Assembly: GCA_963797555.1 (NCBI GenBank)
Contig: CAWCPV010000003.1
Location: 768,001-832,000 of the forward strand
Origin: an uncultured Gammaproteobacteria bacterium
GTDB lineage: Bacteria > Pseudomonadota > Gammaproteobacteria > CAWCPV01
DNA length: 64,000 bases
Direction: 5' to 3'
Made by a program: the position numbers and the translations under genes. Of this stretch, positions 50,726 through 60,273 are shown piece by piece (the stretch's first letter is position 1; every line of letters begins with the position of its first letter). The notes beneath the pieces were generated by a model. The model was not told the DNA's origin, did no database searches, and saw only the letters and a program-made list of their open reading frames with translations.

Positions 50726-53700
50726 CTAACGGCGGGGCTGTTCCAGAGTTTCGATCAGGAAGAGGATCTCGGCGGCCATCGAGTAGTCCAGCTCCGCGGC
50801 GTCGGCGAGGGTGCGGTCGCGGCTGCCGGCGACAATCGCCTGGAGGGCCTCGATCAAAGTGCGTAGCCAAGCAGAATCGGGGTCGGCGGCGAGCTGCTGG
50901 AGGAGGGCCGCGGCGGTGGCCGCGTCGCCGGCGAGGAGGGACTGGGTCACGGCAAGGCTGATGCGGCCGGGGTCGCTGTGGTTCTCGCCGCCGTCGCGGC
51001 GGTAGGCGAGGTAGCCAGCGATGGCCTTGCGCTTCGCCTCCGCGGCGGCGCTGGGGTTGCCTGCATCGGTCTCGATGCCGGCGAGGACGGACCAGAACTT
51101 CCACGACTCGGCCGCGCGGCCGAACTGCGCGTCGCACGCGATCGCCCGGCGGATCTCCTCCCGCGCATCGTCCAGGCGGCCGAGCTCGCGCAGGAATATG
51201 CCGAGATTGTTCCTCGCTTTGCCTTCGCCCGCCATATTGCCGCTTTCGACATGCTCGTCTGCGGCCTGCCGGAAAAAGCCCGCGGCTTCCTCCGAGCGAT
51301 CGAGAACATCACCATACAAAACCCCCAATTGCGCGAGCGTATCGGCCTGCCCGGCGACATCGTCGCGCCGCACCTCGATAGCGAGCGATTTCCGGTAGGC
51401 GTCCTCCGCCGCATCGAGATCTCCTGCGTGCTGATACGCCTTGCCGGTCTGATGCCAGATCACGGCGACCGAGCCCGGCTCATCAAACTGGGTGAACCGC
51501 TCGCGCGCCTCAGCATAAGCCGCCAGCGCCTCCGGGTAGCGGCGCTGCCGCAGGCGGACGGTCCCGAGCTGGCCTTTGCCGACGGCGACACCCCGCTTGT
51601 CACTGCCTTGCTCACTCCGGCGGATAAACTCCTCATAGGCCATCGCCGCCTCGTCGATCCGGCCCAGGGAGATAAAACAGGCGCCTCGTTCCGCAAAGCA
51701 GGCAGACGCCATCCGTTCCGCGCCTAAGCCGGGCCGCTCCTTCGCGATGGCCTCCGAGCGCTGGCGGGCCTCGTCCAGTAGCGGCAGGGCCTGTTCCGAT
51801 CCGCCGGCCGTCGTCAACACGCGGGCGAGCAGGAAACACGCACCCGCCAGATCGTAATCGGCATTGGGATACGCCTGCCCGCCCGCCGCCCGGGCGCGCG
51901 CGAGCAACCGCTGCGCGCTGCCTAGCGCCTCGCGCAGCCGCCCGCCGGCGAGCTGCTGTTCGAGGTACGTTCGCTCCGCCTCGAACCGTGGGTGACTCCA
52001 TGCCTCGCCGAGCGCCGCCGCCGCGGCGTCGCGCACCTGCGCCACGCGCTCCAGCAACCGTGGCTTGCCGAGCGCTTGCAGCAGGCTGTAGAGCGAGATG
52101 GCCAGGTCGATGGTCGCCGCCGCATCCCCCGCCCGCTGCACGAGGTCCAGCAGCACAAACAGGTTCGGCAGCTCCAGCACCGTCAGGGTCGCCGCGATCT
52201 CGATGCTCTGGCTCTGCTGCCGCACGAGGTACTTGGCATACCCGCGCATCGCCTCGACCCAGCGGGCGGTCAGCGCCTCGCGCTCCGCCGCCTCCGTGCG
52301 TCCGCGCAGGTACGGGCAGAGCGCGGGATTGAGGGTGAGATGGTTGTACCGATTGGGTGTCGCCAGCCCGGTCTCGACCAGCTCTCGCGCCAGCGAGACC
52401 ACGTCCCGCTCGTCCCACTGCATCATCGCGCCCAGCACGTCCAGATCGACCCCGCCGTGAAACACCCCGAGCACGCGCGCCCTTTCCCGGTTCGCGGCAG
52501 ACAGGCGGCGCAGCGACAGCTCGACACTGGCGAAGACCGATTGCTCTCGGCTGCCGGGGAAGCGCCGCTCCATCTCCGCCATCAGCTCGACCAGCGAGGC
52601 GCGGGTCGCCTCGACGCCGCGGCTGCGCAGCGCCGGTGCGAGCAGGGCCAGCGTGCGGGCATGGCAGTGGACGGCATTGACGAGCCGCTCGATCTGCTCG
52701 CGGGCGGCGTCGGCGGCCTCTCCTGTCCCGCCGGCCTCGCGGTTCAGCACGCGCTCGACGAGCTTCACCGCGTCCTCACGGTCGAGACTATGCAGCTCGC
52801 ACCGATGCCGCTCGTCCTCGAAGGGCGCGGGCAGCGCCTCGCGGCTGGTGAAGACCAGCCGGGTCTCGTCCTTGGCGTTGAGCCGCGCGCACATTTGGAG
52901 GATCGCGTCCAGCTCGCGGCGCGCGTCCTCGGAGAGCGCCTGCTGCATCTCCTGCTGCAGGTAGGGCGGCAGCAAAAGGCTCTCCATGTTGTCCACCACC
53001 AGCAGCGTCGGCTGCTCGGCGAGGGCGCGCTCGATGGGCAGGACGGCCTTTTCCAGATCGTCGAAGGTAGCGGCGGAGTAATCTTTCCCGACGAGCTGGC
53101 GGCCGAGGGCATCGAGCACCGCTGCGCGGTGGCCGTGCGTCTCGACCGAGACGAAGGCGGCGCGGCGCACTTGGTGGGAGCGCACCAGCCAGCGGGCGAG
53201 CTCGGCGGCGAGCGCGGTCTTGCCCTCGCCGCCTTGGCCGCGCACCACGGCGTAGCGCACCTCGCGCAGCAGCCGCTCCAGCGCCAGCAGCTCGCGGCTG
53301 CGGCCGATGAAGCCGGTCCCGGGCTCCGCGGGCAGCTCGCCGAGGCGGGCCGCGAGTCGCTTCTTGAAATCCTCCTGCGTCTGCTGCGCGGGGGTGGTGT
53401 GGAAGAGCTGCGGGTCTTCCTTCTCCTGGAACAGCACCGGCACGAACCAGTCATTGAGCCGCAGCTCGCCCGCCCCGAAGATGCGGCCGCGGAAGGTGTC
53501 GTCCTTGAGCCGGCGCTGGCCGGCGAGCATCGCGTCGCCGACCCGCGCGCCGCCGGCGAGCGCGCCGTAGAATGCCTCGACGAAGCGGCGCGCGGTCTCG
53601 ACCAGCACGCTGTGGCTCATCGCCACCACCGAGGCCACACCCGTCTTCAGCAGCTCGGAGGCGACGGAGTCAGAAGCCTGCTCGGCCTGGGCGGTCTGGC

Positions 53701-54970
53701 AGGCCTCGAGGAACACGAGCGGGATGCGGTGATCGCGCAGCAGCGGGCCGAGCTCGCGGGTGAAAACGGTGAGGTGCCGGCGCTGCTCCAGCCTGGCGGT
53801 GTCCTCCGGGTGCTCGAAGCACAGGCCGCCGAGGCCGACGGTGCGGTCATAGACGCCGTGGCCGTCGAAGTGGACGACGTGATAGGGCTCGCCGTCTCGC
53901 CGGGCGCGGTCCAGCTCCTCGCGCAGGGCGGGCAGCGTGGGCGGGCCGAGCACGTGCAGGCGGACGAGGCCGCCCAGCGCCTCCATCGCCTCGACCAGCG
54001 GCAGGGCGCTGGCGCGGTGGTCGAGGTAGCCGCAGGCATCGTCCTCGGGCCGGGCGCTGTGACCTCAAGTTCTACGAGCAGGACGGCAAGCGCCGCGCCT
54101 CCGCCCGCGCCCGGCTCGTCTACGAGCCGGCCACCGCGGGGCAGGAAAAAGTCGACAGTGACAAGATCTGGCGTTTCGTCGCCCCCCTCGGCCCCATCGA
54201 GGCCGAGGAACTGCGCTGGTATCTGGAGAAGTACGCCATCTGGCCGAGCGGGGTTTTTCGGGACCGCGCCCGCAAGGTCGAAGAGAACCTCGTGAAGTGG
54301 GGGCGGCTCCTGCACGAGGCGGCGATGCCGGTCGCCCACACCGCGAACGTCATGCCCGCCTGGGCGCGCATCGACGGGCAGGCACGGCGGCGCTTCTCCA
54401 TCCACGTCAACGCGAAGCTCGAAGACGGCGCCGCCGAGGCCGAGGTGAAGGCCGCTCGGGAAGCCGCCACGCTGCTGCTCGGGCTGCCGTGGGAGCTGCT
54501 CTACGACGGCGACGGCTTCCTGTTCCAGGGTGCGAAGCCCACCCGCGTGCGCCGGCGCCTGCCGAACACGCGCGTGCTCGACGTGCCGGTGCTCGCCACG
54601 CCCATCCGCTGTTCACGGGGATGTAGAGGGGCTCCTCGCCGAAGAATTCCTCCAGCACGCCGAGCTTGGTGCCGTTCAGCGATAGCGGAATGACGGGGAA
54701 CTGGTCCTTGCCGCGCTGTTTCCGGACTTCCAGCACGTGGCGCAGCTCCTTGCCGACCCACTTCGACTGCAACGCCTCCGGGCTGACCAAGACGGCGTAG
54801 GCGGACGACTCCTCAATGGCTGTCTTGATCTCGGGCCAGAGCGGATCACCGCCGCGCAGCTCCCGCGAATCGATCCACACGTCCTGCCCGAGGTCGCCGA
54901 GCGCCTGCCGGAGGCCGCGCACGAAGTCGTCGTCCTTCGAGCTATGGGAGAGAAAGAGCCCTTTGAGCAC
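50726..54970 (-). pseudogene. TIR + CHAT (caspase-like) + STAND-type NTPase + TPR protein, broken by an internal inversion
   Basis: TIR FLSHSSKD...SKWVGKE; CHAT HFDGHG and FLEAC; P-loop GQGGEGKT, LVVDNME; TPRs. Segment 54061-54608 (LPWELL) is on the plus strand. Confidence 0.85.
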
Positions 54971-55097
54971 TGCACCGCCTGCCGACGAACTGACCCCAGT
55001 CTACCAGGCAGCCGCTTGCAGTGGCAATTTCTCGAGGTAAGCCAATGTTACAAGCACGGACCTGACCCCGGGACCTGACCCCCGGGTGTACCCCGCT

Positions 55098-55233
55098 GCT
55101 GCTCGGTACGGGCCCGCTCCGCTTGGAAACGCGTGGTCCCACTCTTCCAACCAGTACCGCCGCCGCGGGGTCGCGCACCCCGGGGCCACGCGCTCAAGCA
55201 ACCGTGGCTTGCCGGGCCCTTGCAGCAGGCTGT
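55098..55233 (-). repeat. Degenerate copy of an internal piece (51953-52088) of the STAND-TPR gene
   Basis: Shares GCCACGCGCTC.AGCAACCGTGGCTTGCCG.GC.CTTGCAGCAGGCTGT. Confidence 0.75.
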
Positions 55234-55240
55234 GTGTGCG

Positions 55241-55459
55241 TCATTGCGACGCCACTGGACGCAACTCGAAGACACGCGCGAGACTCGACGCAGATCTGAT
55301 GTCGCCGCGGCGCAATGCATCGCGAACGTCATTGAGTTTGTGCGCGTCTTCGGACGATAGGTACGGCGACCAGCCAGTCTCATCCTCCAAGAACTCCACA
55401 TCGACCTCTGCAAGGTAGCGCCCCTCTTGGATCAGTTTGACTCGCTTCCGCTTTTTCAT
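55241..55459 (-). CDS. Small putative antitoxin (partner of DUF4258-like toxin)
   Basis: KLIQEGRYLAEVDV...GWSPYLS.EDA.KL.DVR.ALRRGD. Confidence 0.7.
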   Translation of the reverse strand: MKKRKRVKLIQEGRYLAEVDVEFLEDETGWSPYLSSEDAHKLNDVRDALRRGDIRSASSLARVFELRPVASQ

Positions 55460-55466
55460 CTCACCA

Positions 55467-55505
55467 CGTAGGATGCGGTGAACGAAGGGAACCGCATCGC
55501 TCGCG
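55467..55505 (+). repeat. GTAG-type REP, left
   Basis: GTAG + GATGCGGT..ACCGCATC hairpin; exact 39-bp inverse of 56065-56103. Confidence 0.88.
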
Positions 55506-56036
55506 TTACTCCCCTGCCGCCACACTTGGGACCCCCTCGCCACCCCAATCCTCCGGGTAGATTCCTCGGGGCTTGAATGCATGGAAACTGGAATGAGGCC
55601 AATCGGCCACTCGCCGAACCCACCCGTGCTTTACCGGGTTCCAATGGATATAGTCCACATGCCGGTTGAAGTCACCTTGGTCACGGATGAGATGTTCCCA
55701 AAAACGGCGCTGCCATACACCCCGTTCCCCCCGCCTGGCGCGGCTTTGCGAAACGCGCTCGCCCGGTTCGATGGCACGGGAAAAGTGTCCCTTGATCAGA
55801 CTCCAGCGAACAGAAAAATCCGCATCACCGGGCGGCAGCGTCCAGACGCAATGCAAATGGTCCGGCAGGATCACGACCGCCTCCAGGTGGAAGGGGTGTC
55901 GGGCACTAACGCTACGAAGCGCAGTCCGCAACACATCGATCTGCTCGACTAACAGCCGATTCCCGCGTCGTTCGGCCAGATTCACAGTGAAGAACCACGT
56001 GGCTCCGGGCAGCCAGGCACGGCGGTATTCGGTCAT
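55506..56036 (-). CDS. REP-associated tyrosine transposase (RAYT)
   Basis: GATWFFTV, LPDHLHCVW, WQRRFWEH, YIHWNPVKHG, WPHSS. Confidence 0.93.
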   Translation of the reverse strand: MTEYRRAWLPGATWFFTVNLAERRGNRLLVEQIDVLRTALRSVSARHPFHLEAVVILPDHLHCVWTLPPGDADFSVRWSLIKGHFSRAIEPGERVSQSRARRGERGVWQRRFWEHLIRDQGDFNRHVDYIHWNPVKHGWVRRVADWPHSSFHAFKPRGIYPEDWGGEGVPSVAAGE

Positions 56037-56064
56037 CGGTCACCTTGTCTCGTCCAGCTCCTTT

Positions 56065-56103
56065 CGCGAGCGATGCGGTTCCCTTCGTTCACCGCATCCT
56101 ACG
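56065..56103 (-). repeat. GTAG-type REP, right
   Basis: Inverse of 55467-55505. Confidence 0.88.
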
Positions 56104-56211
56104 CGGGCTCACAGCAATTCCGTCTTCCGTTAGCTCGTCATACCCGTGTTCGGATATCCGCACTTCTCCCGCCGCAGCGAGTCGTTTGACAGCATCGAGT
56201 GTGTCGCTCAC
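56104..56211 (-). pseudogene. DUF4258-like toxin 5' fragment
   Basis: MSDTLDAVKRLAAAGEVRISEHGYDELTEDGI, cut at the REP. Confidence 0.65.
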
Positions 56212-56394
56212 AACTCCACCCCGTCTACCGGAAGTTATCGATGACGCACAACGAGCGTCTTCACCCGCCGCCCCCATGCGTGATTGCAAGATGCGACCCT
56301 GCGCCCATGGACCCCGCGCCCATGTCCTGGGCGCTTGGAGGGAGTCGCTGTGGGGCGTATCATCGCGGCCAAATGCGAGAGCGTTAGGGAGAGG

Positions 56395-56456
56395 GTACGA
56401 TGAGCAGCGGAGCCCAGTACCAGCGCGAACCGCACGATTCCATGTGCTGGTTAGGC
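56395..56456 (-). mobile_element. Degenerate attC (R'' intact, R' lost)
   Basis: GCCTAAC-CAGCAC-ATGGA...GCTCAT immediately after the stop codon. Confidence 0.55.
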
Positions 56457-56457
56457 G

Positions 56458-57697
56458 TCACTGGGTGCGCGGCGTTGGCACATCAAACGCCAATACAGTT
56501 AGGAATAGCTCACGATTTCGGTCATCGCGGTTTGCGAACTGGTAGCGAAACACGGTCTCCGTGGAGCCGGGTAGGTCACGCTTGTGCTGAGGGTGCGCGC
56601 GCACCGCTTCCGGAATGGCCGCGAGGACCTTAGAGAAGTCGCGATTGCGGTTGAAGATAACCACCGCGGTCTTCGTGTCACGCCAGGAGCTGTAGCTGAG
56701 CAACTGATCGAGCGTTTCACCAAGCTTTTTCGGACCGGTCCAGAACTTACACTCAGCGATGAAGATGTTCTTCCCTTCGGAGCGTATCAGGATGTCAGTT
56801 TTCCCTTCGTAGTTGAAGGTTTCGCCTGTCGCCTGGCCTTGGTAATGTCCGTTGAGCTGAACTAAGAAGTGCGACCCAAGGGCTTCCTCGTCGACTGCGT
56901 GGAATGCAGACGGACTCAGTTCCATGACCTGGGTCATGTTTTGCATCACGCCGAGGATGTGTTCGTAGTCTTCCGGGGACAGCGCCGGCTCCGGCCTAAA
57001 AGGGGCTGAACTTGCCGGTGGCATGACAGGCGAGATCTTCCGGCGAACGTCCGGCGCAACAAATGTCGTTGGCGCGCCTTGGCGTTCCTTCATCTTGAAC
57101 CCTAGCGAAGCAACCATGCTCCGGCTCGCGAGCAACTTGCCGCGCCGGTTTTCAATGGCAGATTTGGCTTCACTGAACAGTTGGCTGTTAAGTCCGGCTA
57201 CATTGCCGCGCAGGTTCGTGAGATAAGACTGGATTGATGCAACCGTGCTGTTGATCTCGCGGCGCACTGAATCCGAGTCGAGACTTGCGCCTACAACGCT
57301 AAACGTCACGTTGGAGCCGCGGATAGCGGCCCGAGGCGGGTTAAATGTGTGAGGGTTCGGTTGAATATTGAACGCCTCTGCCTCGCCGGTAAAAGGTATC
57401 TCAACTTGCACTTCGTTTCCGGTGATATAGAAGGGGCGGCTCCGATCCGTGATCATCCTCAGGGTCGTGGCTCACATCGATTTGTGTCTCGCGTTCGTCA
57501 ACCACAAGGTTTTCTACGTCGAGATCAGGAACCGTGATCTGGAACTTGTCCGCGAAGAATTGAGCGAGGTCGTCCACAGACGAATTCAGTAGTCGATTCG
57601 CATCCACGCTTTCAATCTCTCGGGCCATCTGCTGCCGCTGGTGCCGCTCAACGGCGTGCCAGTCAGGGCCGGTGAACAAGTAGTCTTCGCGAGCCAT
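56458..57697 (-). CDS. PD-(D/E)xK nuclease-like protein, gene cassette (frameshift near 57460)
   Basis: GETFN..GKTDILI...IFIAECKFW...DQLLSY; bounded on the minus strand by GTTAGGC (57724-57718) and GCCTAAC (56456-56450). Confidence 0.75.
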
Positions 57698-58039
57698 AGC
57701 GCGTTCTCTGGTATAGCGCCTAACGTTGTGTGATTCATTGTTCAAACGCTTCGCGCAGATCAGGCGCGAGGGTCAGGCAATGATTCAAGACTGTAAGCGC
57801 GTGTCGTATGAGCTGCTCTGATCGCTCGGGTTCAGCGAAGTACCTCCCTCTGAACTTGCCTCCATGAAACAGGTTGTTACGCACTCGTCGAATATAAGCG
57901 AAAAGGAGGTCGAGTTCCGAGGGTAACCGTTCACCCCCCTGGAATATTTTGACCCGGAGGGCTGGACAAAACGGTTCCAGCGTGAGACAGTTGGGTGCCC
58001 TTGGCAGGATGTTCCTCGACCTCACTGTCACACACAATC

Positions 58040-58822
58040 ATGGTGCTCAAGGAGCACGACCTTCGTCAGCTCAGCGAGGAGCGCATTCTGGAGCTGAGGC
58101 AGAAGGATCCCGATGCGCTGGCAGCGCTGAGCATCCGCCTGCTGCAGGATCTCAAGGAAGCGTGGGAGCGGCTCAATCAGAGTCCCTCCAATAGCTCTCG
58201 TCCGCCGAGCAGTCAAGACCCCTGGCTGCGTGCGCGGGAGGACGAAGAGGCCGACGCCGGTCCTGAGGACGAGGAGGCCAAGAGCCGTTCTGAGGAGGAT
58301 GGCCTCCCCGGGGCTGGCGGCCAGAAGGGCGCAAAGGACACGAGTGGCAAGACCTCAGGGACGCAGCGCCGAGCGGGCGCGGTCTATGACCTGCTCGATG
58401 CGCTGATGCAGGCCGTCTATCACGCCCGCGAGGGACCGGGCGGCTCCCTGCGGCAAGCCCACCCGGGCGAGCTCAACGAGCTCACGGCCCTGTGTGAACG
58501 CATGAGCTGCTGCCCTTATGACAAGGCCCAGGCGCTGGGCAAGGAGCTGCTCAACGACTGGGGGGCGATCTTCCGGGTGTTGGATGAGCCTCAGCTGCCG
58601 CTGACCAACAACGTGGCGGAGCGGGCGCTGCGTCACTGGGTGATTCTGCGTCGCATCAGCCAGGGGACCCGCAGCGAACAAGGCAGCCGGGCGCTGGCGC
58701 TGCTCGCCAGTGTGATCGAGACTTCTCGGCTGCGATTGAGCTCCCCGCTGTGCTATCTCAGAGATGTCCTCGCCCACCGACGCCGCGGCTTTGAGGCACC
58801 GCCGCTTCCTGCGCCCGCTTGA
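58040..58822 (+). pseudogene. IS66 transposase with large in-frame internal deletion
   Basis: N-terminal NSSRPPSS joined near 58365 to C-terminal PLTNNVAERALRHWV; the central catalytic region is missing. Confidence 0.85.
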
Positions 58823-58824
58823 GT

Positions 58825-59543
58825 TCAGCGCTCACCGCGCAGGCGCTCTCTGGCCTGCGGGTGCAGAGCGTAGAGGAAGACCCGCTTTATCGCTCTGCCA
58901 TGGCGTTGGTGCGCACGGTCCATGCGCCCGCGTCCGCTGGTCTCGCCCACCTCGCACCAGTTGGCCGCCCGGTAGCAGGTCCCGGCAAAGCGCAGCCGAT
59001 CCACGCATCGCGGGCCTGCATGCGCCAGGCCGGGCTGGTGTAGGTGAGCCCGCCCAACACCTCCCCCTCCCGGCGCTGGGAGCAGATGAGATAGACCAAC
59101 TGGGCCCCAAAGGGTGTGGCATAGCCCAAGTAGTGATAGCGCGCGAGAAGCTCGCGCCACAATGCCCGTCCCTCGGCCTGGCGCACTAACTGAAGCTCCA
59201 CCGGGGCCACCTCCTGCAGCGCACCGGCAATCTCGCCGCGGCGTTCGCCCCGATCGGTCTGCGCAGTGCAGGTGCGCCGCCCCTTGGGCCTGCCCGTGCG
59301 CTTGGCGGGAAGCCTCAGATCCCCCCGAGCTTCCAACCGCTCCAGTAGATCCCGACCCTCGCGGGACTTCAGGGCTCCGTTGTCCCGTCTCCACCCCAGC
59401 AGCTCACAGATGGTCTGCGCCAGCTCAAAACGACTCAGGCCCACGCACATCGACACCATTCGGACGATGGCGGAGATCTCCTCTTCGGTAAAGCTCCGGC
59501 CGCTCGCCGTGATCGCCTGCGGAATAGAGGGCTCTTGATCCAT
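58825..59543 (-). CDS. DUF4338 / Druantia DruA-like protein (frameshift or deletion near 58985)
   Basis: SRFELAQTICELLGWR..NG.LK, RYHYLGY, RDAWIGC, GTCYRAANW..VGET.GRGR.D. Confidence 0.8.
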
Positions 59544-60273
59544 GAGCCGGGAGTGTACGACAAGCCGAGCGGCTCTGCTGCGCTGGACGCGCTCTTAACG
59601 CATCGATCAACTGGTGGGAGGGTCTGAACGGTTACTTCCGAGGTGTGTTCCGGCGGTGTGTCATCCCACTCCAACCGATTGTCTCGAATGATCTGCTTCT
59701 TTGGGGGGTGGGTCTTGTAGTAGGCGACAGCGTCCTTCAGTTCTTGCGTTGCGTTCTCGTGGAAACGGTCGCGGAGTTCATTCGCCAGCTTTGTCCAATC
59801 TGCCTCCGCATTTCGTCGGTTGTCCACAAAGCGACCTGTCGCCTTGAGCGCATACTCCACGCGCGCGAACGCAAAGAAGAATTCGCTTGCGATAGGGTTA
59901 ACGCGATGTCGGCTCGTTGTCATTCAAATTCACACAACAGGAAACCGACGGACGATCCGCCCTCTTACCAGACGGCGAGGCTCTCTGCTGGGCAAGTATA
60001 CCTGAAGCGCTGCAACGAGGTAGCATCATCGCCGAGTCCCGAGGGCGCCAGCGCTAGACTGCGAAACACCGACCTTTGGCCTAGTCTCATATCAACCACC
60101 TTACAAGACGGTCACCCAAGTGCTCGCAACAGTGCAGCCAGGCGGGTGATTGCTGATCCCTTTACTATAAGCTCAGCCCGTAGGCTAGAACGCGATAGTG
60201 GTTCCGCCGAGCGGCGTCATGCGGCGGGCCGCCCTCCCAAGCATCCCCCTCCGCGGTCTCGCGGCCTCCCCCC

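Larger units (their letters stand above)
57923..59635 (+). mobile_element. Internally deleted IS66-family element with passenger gene
   Basis: TIR GTAACCGTTCA / TGAACGGTTAC; 8-bp TSD TTCCGAGG at 57915-57922 and 59636-59643. Confidence 0.9.
57735..59923 (-). pseudogene. HEPN-motif protein (155 aa when rejoined), gene cassette split by an IS66 derivative
   Basis: Removing the element and one TSD gives in-frame ...PPEHTSE|LDLLFAYIRRVRNNLFHGGK (Rx4H). Confidence 0.85.

Noticed and set aside
54055-54612. Programmed invertible switch (phase variation)
   Set aside because: No inverted recombination sites or invertase, and re-inversion seems not to restore the lost linker codons.
58825-59543. Druantia defence system
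   Set aside because: No DruE helicase or other dru genes; the gene lies within IS66 ends.
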